Source: an uncultured Nitrospiraceae bacterium (GTDB lineage Bacteria > Nitrospirota > Thermodesulfovibrionia > Thermodesulfovibrionales > Dissulfurispiraceae). Taken from it: a stretch of DNA of 64,000 nt. The DNA lies in assembly GCA_963705105.1 (NCBI GenBank), contig CAVPIW010000006.1, positions 896,001-960,000 on the forward strand. Direction: 5' to 3'. Below, in pieces: positions 59,925 to 64,000 of the stretch. The number at the start of each line of letters is the position of its first letter. The stretch's first letter is position 1. Under the pieces are notes generated by a model. It saw only the letters and a program-made list of their open reading frames with translations. It did not search any database and was not told where the DNA came from. The translations under genes were made by a program, and so were the position numbers.

Positions 59925-60155
59925 TTAGAGATATCTTTTGATTTTGATTTCTTTTTTTCCTATGCCGTGCCCTTCGTACCAATGAACTTCAGCGTTCATC
60001 ACTGCTCCATCGCTGAGCTTCACACGACATATTCCCTTTAGTTTTCGCCAATTTGCATTGCCGTATGTTCTATTCAGTCGTTTCAGATTCTTGATGCCGT
60101 GACCAGAAGCAATCGTTTCGATGTTCCTGATTTGACCAGTTATCTTGAAGTGCAT
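59925..60155 (-). CDS. Small basic hypothetical protein, first gene of a TA-like pair
   Basis: IETIASGHGIK.LKRL...YG...WRKLKG...AEVHWYEGHGIGKKE. Confidence 0.75.
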   Translation of the reverse strand: MHFKITGQIRNIETIASGHGIKNLKRLNRTYGNANWRKLKGICRVKLSDGAVMNAEVHWYEGHGIGKKEIKIKRYL

Positions 60156-60272
60156 GACTTATTTTATCACTATTCCATTTACTTCACGCGAATAATGCGG
60201 ACGTAACCCGTTTAACGGGTTGACGGATTGGTTGGAAATTGGCACACTTTCACCCTTGCTGGGCGGATAGTC

Positions 60273-60662
60273 CTACCATTTTTCGACTGTCAAATTATCA
60301 ATGCCGTCGAAGTGGGCATCGTTTGTGACAAGTATCAAGGAATGGTGTTGAGCAATCGCAGCAATCCAGACATCATTCTCAGGTATGGGCTGGCCCTTAA
60401 CTTTCAAGTCATTCTTGATCGTCCCATAGCGTTTTGCAATGTCTGCAGTGCAAGACAAAACACTATTGTTGAGAACAAAGTCGTCTATGCGGGCAATATT
60501 TTCTTGAACCTTGGTAGATTTGTACGCACCGAAATAGAGTTCACCGATAGCAATGCAGGAAACGAATACTTCCTCTGCTTGAGTTATCCGATCATGAGTC
60601 AGGGGATTCTTTGCAAAGAGAGAGATAACAACGTTAGTGTCAAGAAGATATCTACCACTCAT
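60273..60662 (-). CDS. VapC/PIN domain toxin
   Basis: YLLDTNVVI, GEL..G, IPENDVWIAAIA and LVTNDAHF motifs. Confidence 0.92.
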   Translation of the reverse strand: MSGRYLLDTNVVISLFAKNPLTHDRITQAEEVFVSCIAIGELYFGAYKSTKVQENIARIDDFVLNNSVLSCTADIAKRYGTIKNDLKVKGQPIPENDVWIAAIAQHHSLILVTNDAHFDGIDNLTVEKW

Positions 60663-60873
60663 TTACATCAATGCGCTCGCAGTTTTCTTCGATTGCCTTC
60701 GACATTAGGCGCAGGTCATCATCGGAGATTGCTCCCTCAAAACGCAGGAGACTTTTCCCGGATACGCCTTTCGGCATAAGGGAGTTTACAAAATCCAATA
60801 CACGTAACTGCAGATCGTATGGCAGCTTATCCACTTGGGCAATAAGACTGTCTTTTATAAATGCTGTTGTCAT
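60652..60873 (-). CDS. Putative antitoxin (DUF2281-like)
   Basis: Small ORF overlapping the vapC start; LP...Q.RVLDFV.SL. Confidence 0.78.
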   Translation of the reverse strand: MTTAFIKDSLIAQVDKLPYDLQLRVLDFVNSLMPKGVSGKSLLRFEGAISDDDLRLMSKAIEENCERIDVNEW

Positions 60874-61384
60874 AAGCCACCTCTTTCACTTGTTCCATTC
60901 TACCATGCCTGAATACGCCAGTGCACATAAAATGTGGCATCTTGCAAAGAGAGGTGGTCCCCATTGGTTGGACAGTTTGATGGCTGATTTAAGGTTGGAA
61001 CCACCCTTCATCATGCCACCATCAGTTGTGCAGAATAGCCTGCACGGGGTAACTTCCAGTATGCCTCATAGGGCATCCTGTCTCCAGAGATGAATGCGGG
61101 CGCTCCTCATTGTATTCCCCGATCCATTTGCCTATGCCATTCCTGCGGAGACAAACAGGGACAACTTTTTATCATGCTAGTTATACTCCTGCTAAACCTA
61201 GTCGCGAACAGGTCTGACTGAAACGATAGAGGGTTCTTTGTCAAGAGTCAAGACGCGGACCATTTTCGCTTTTTATTCCTAACTGAGTGTGACCTCTCTT
61301 CCCCGCTGCACTATTTTTTACCATTTAATGATGTTTATCGAAAAATTGCGGAAGAAGAACCAGTCGCCCGTGGGTGAAGTTGAA

Positions 61385-62413
61385 GGGGTCAGCCCTTGAA
61401 TCTTGACAATATTTCTGCCCCTTCCTTCTCCCACTTCTTCCTCACCGTGTCCTCCTGCTCGAGCATTTTCATGATCCGTGAGTACCTGTGCGCAACCGCC
61501 GAAAAGGTGACTCCCCCGGCCTTCTGCCCTATCTCCCCGTTCAAAGCCGTCGTGCACTTCTTTGCGAGATACACGAACATGTCCCGGCTCCGTCCCCCTT
61601 CTCGTCCCTTCGTAATAACCTTTTCCCCGTAATAATCGCGGACTGCGTCAAGGAGTTTCTGCAGGTCAGGGGATCGAACATAATGACGCTTCGAGACAAC
61701 GTCCCCGAGCTCTCCTTCCTTCTCTATGCCCTCAACTACACGCTCGACAAATTCATTGCTTCCCAGCATCGCCTGTCCCACCACTTGATCGGCAGGAAAC
61801 CCGGGTGCTGATTCGATGCCCGCCTCGATAAACTGCCTGTATCTCCTTTGCGCCGCCCAATAGGTCGTCCCGTATTCCTGAAGGAGCCACTCCAGGGATA
61901 ACCATCGCGGTTTTTCCTCCTTTGCCAGATAAAAGCGGTAACTGCTCCAGGGATAGTCCTCGGGTCGCTCCACTATTCCGGCCCGGACGGGGTTGAGGTG
62001 GATGTACCTGCTTAATTCAAGAAGGTAGCCCTCCTTCTCGACGCAGAGGGATTTATACCTCCCCGCAAAGACGTGCCCGATCCATTCCCTTTGTCTTCTC
62101 AGATGGCTGCCGTAGGAGGACTGTATCATATGCATGGCTTTGCTGAGCATCCCTACAGGAATTCCCGTGAGCAGGTGATAATGATTGCCCATAATGCAGT
62201 AGGCGTAAACCTCGAGACCGTACCTTTCGACTGCTCTTGCGATGATCTGAAGAAAGAGATCCTTGTCTGAATCGTCCTGGAAAATAAATTCCGCCCTGTT
62301 GCCGCGGGACAGGATGTGATAGACGGCGCCCTCGTGCTCTATTCTGAGTGGTCGTGCCATGTAGACAGCTTAAGCGTTGCTCGCCACTCTGTCAAGATTC
62401 AAGGGCTGACCCC
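61385..62413 (-). mobile_element. Y1/HUH transposase element with perfect 24-bp terminal inverted repeats
   Basis: GGGGTCAGCCCTTGAATCTTGACA at 61385-61408 and its reverse complement at 62390-62413; no TSD seen. Confidence 0.85.
61389..62360 (-). CDS. Y1_Tnp (IS200/RAYT-like HUH) transposase with C-terminal DnaA-C-like HTH
   Basis: MARPLRIE..GAVYHILSRGN, YCIMGNHYHLL (HUH), GHVFAGRYKS, YIHLNPVRAG and YPWSSY; tail RDMFVYLAKK...EIG..AGG..FSAV. Confidence 0.9.
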   Translation of the reverse strand: MARPLRIEHEGAVYHILSRGNRAEFIFQDDSDKDLFLQIIARAVERYGLEVYAYCIMGNHYHLLTGIPVGMLSKAMHMIQSSYGSHLRRQREWIGHVFAGRYKSLCVEKEGYLLELSRYIHLNPVRAGIVERPEDYPWSSYRFYLAKEEKPRWLSLEWLLQEYGTTYWAAQRRYRQFIEAGIESAPGFPADQVVGQAMLGSNEFVERVVEGIEKEGELGDVVSKRHYVRSPDLQKLLDAVRDYYGEKVITKGREGGRSRDMFVYLAKKCTTALNGEIGQKAGGVTFSAVAHRYSRIMKMLEQEDTVRKKWEKEGAEILSRFKG

Positions 62414-62416
62414 ATT

Positions 62417-62667
62417 ACACCCCACACGCGTGAACGCCTGATTTATAAAACACACCCTTTCGCAGATGGAGGACTTCGCCGTCACGTGCCGGCTCGTCCG
62501 AAGTGTGTCACACCTCATATCCGGTTCCTGTTCGTCGCCCCGCGCTTTCGGATTGGGCTTCCTCCAAACTTTGCCTCACGACAAAGCCCTTGCCCTTCTC
62601 CTTGCCTTCTGCTTCTACCTGGCACGGGGACTTCCACCCCGTAAGTTCTGTGCCATGTCCGGCACAC
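62417..62667 (-). mobile_element. Class C group II intron 5' fragment, truncated at the Y1 element
   Basis: Minus strand GTGTGCCGGACATGGCAC, GGGGTGGAAGTCCCC, GAAGGCAAG and GACGGCGAAGTCC motifs. Confidence 0.78.
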
Positions 62668-62723
62668 ACGGCCCGGTTCAGCGGCGGCGCCTAAGCGCCG
62701 TCCGCTGCAGCCGGTTGTTAGCT
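62668..62723 (-). other. attC-like site interrupted by a group II intron
   Basis: Minus strand AGCTAACAACCGGCTGCAGCGGACGGCGC-TTAG-GCGCCGCCGCTGAACCGGGCCGT|, a classic attC top-strand pattern. Confidence 0.82.
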
Positions 62724-62783
62724 GCGACGTGGTTACCTATCTCCCCGCCCGGTCAGGTCTTGCTGACGGAACCCAGCCCTTCA

Positions 62784-64000
62784 TCAGCCACCAGAAGTGT
62801 CCGCCGGCTCATGCGCCTGCATCGGATCCTTGGCCGTTGGTGCGGTGGCTGGGACAGTCTTGGTGCCGGGCAACAACTCGAAGTCTGGCGTGAACGTGAC
62901 CAGGATGGCCCTGAGCTGATCGAAGGGCTTGCGATCGCCATCGAATTTCGCCTTGCCGGCTTTGATCAGGTCGTCGAACGTGGCTTTGCCGCCCATCACC
63001 GACTCCAGGTCGGAGCGGTTGACCGTGATGGTCAGGTCCGGATTCTTCGCTTGCTGGCCCTTGATGTTGGTCAGCGTCGCGTTGCTCATCTCCACCACGT
63101 ACTTTTCGCCGTTGTCAGGCGTCACGAGATTGATGACGAACTTCAGGTTCTCAGCCTTCTTGCTGTCGAGCCGTATGCCAAGGAAGTTGAGCCAGAGATC
63201 CGTCGACATGCCGCGGATCGTGTCCGGACCGCTGGTCTTGGGTGATGCACCGCCGGGCATGCCATGACGCAGCTCATAGGCCGCCCCCAGGAAGCTGTTG
63301 CGCACGCTCGGGCTTTCCTTCTGGTAGCCGATTTGCTCGTAGACATCGGCCAGCAGGTCCTTCGCAGGCTGGTTACCGGGTTCGGCGTAGACCAGCTTGT
63401 TCAGAATCTCTGTGGCTTCGCGGTACTTGCCCTGATCAAAGAGTTGTTTACCCTTGGACATGATCTTCTCCGAGCCGCCCATCATCTCGACGTACAGCGG
63501 CGCGGATTCTCGAGGCGAGAGCGGCATCAGCGTCGCCGGATTGGCGTCCCAGTAGCCAAGATAGCGATTGAGCACGGCGCGGCTGTTGTGCTCCGATGAG
63601 CCGTGGTAGCTGTGGGCCGCCCACTGGTCCTGGAGGCTCTTGGGTTGAGTGTAGACGTTGTGGATCTCGTTGATCGTCACACCCTGGTTGGCATGATGGA
63701 GCACATTGTTGTTCAAGTGGGCATAAGCGTCTCGCTGGGTGCGCATGATCTCCTGGATACGGTCGTTGCCCCAGCGCGGCCAGCTATGCGAGGCAAACAT
63801 GTATTCGGCCTCGATTCCATAACGGTACAGCGCCACGTTGATGTGCTTGGACCACGCCAGTGCATCGCGCACCAGCGCCCCGCGCAAGGTATAGATGTTA
63901 TGGATGGTGCTGGTGATGTTCTCGGCTGCCCAGAAGGCCTTGAACTGCGGAAACCAGGTGTTCATTTCCGCCGGCGCCTCGGTGCCGGGGGTGTTCTGAA
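62784..64000 (-). CDS. Alkyl sulfatase (SdsA1-like MBL fold, dimerisation and SCP2 domains), C-terminal part
   Basis: TPGTEAPAEMN, HNIYTLRGALVRD, SHSWPRWG and YLGYWDANP motifs; starts beyond the window. Confidence 0.92.
   Translation of the reverse strand, partial: QNTPGTEAPAEMNTWFPQFKAFWAAENITSTIHNIYTLRGALVRDALAWSKHINVALYRYGIEAEYMFASHSWPRWGNDRIQEIMRTQRDAYAHLNNNVLHHANQGVTINEIHNVYTQPKSLQDQWAAHSYHGSSEHNSRAVLNRYLGYWDANPATLMPLSPRESAPLYVEMMGGSEKIMSKGKQLFDQGKYREATEILNKLVYAEPGNQPAKDLLADVYEQIGYQKESPSVRNSFLGAAYELRHGMPGGASPKTSGPDTIRGMSTDLWLNFLGIRLDSKKAENLKFVINLVTPDNGEKYVVEMSNATLTNIKGQQAKNPDLTITVNRSDLESVMGGKATFDDLIKAGKAKFDGDRKPFDQLRAILVTFTPDFELLPGTKTVPATAPTAKDPMQAHEPADTSGG

Noticed and set aside
59269..62667. 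Functional group II intron, retron or DGR
   Set aside because: No reverse transcriptase ORF, no domain V/VI and no TR/VR pair are visible; the two fragments are different introns on opposite strands.

Overview
A ~60% GC (estimated by eye) bacterial chromosomal window whose gene content and style resemble Nitrospirota/Desulfobacterota (inference only). It holds about 55 CDS. Housekeeping genes include rplM-rpsI, argC, argJ, radA, thiD, moeA, pepA and the TPR-ispE-tRNA-Gln-prs-rplY-pth cluster. There is a cobalamin riboswitch and an intact IS1634-family element. The accessory right end (52-64 kb) carries an efflux cassette, attC-like sites, toxin-antitoxin pairs, two class C group II intron 5' fragments and a Y1/HUH transposase. 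Main highlights: (1) an unannotated 20-aa Cys-rich peptide (MVIRKVSKKVSTTCKCKSSC) with its own promoter, RBS and terminator, directly downstream of a radical SAM/SPASM enzyme with a putative RRE, a candidate minimal RiPP system; (2) about 15 copies of a modular CCTT...AAGG MITE-like family with 4-bp target duplications, interchangeable arms and self-nesting; (3) a Y1 (HUH) transposase gene bounded by perfect 24-bp terminal inverted repeats; (4) a B12-riboswitch-controlled Zn-dehydrogenase plus divergent TrpD-like phosphoribosyltransferase pair. All calls come from reading the sequence and ORF track; no database searches were run.
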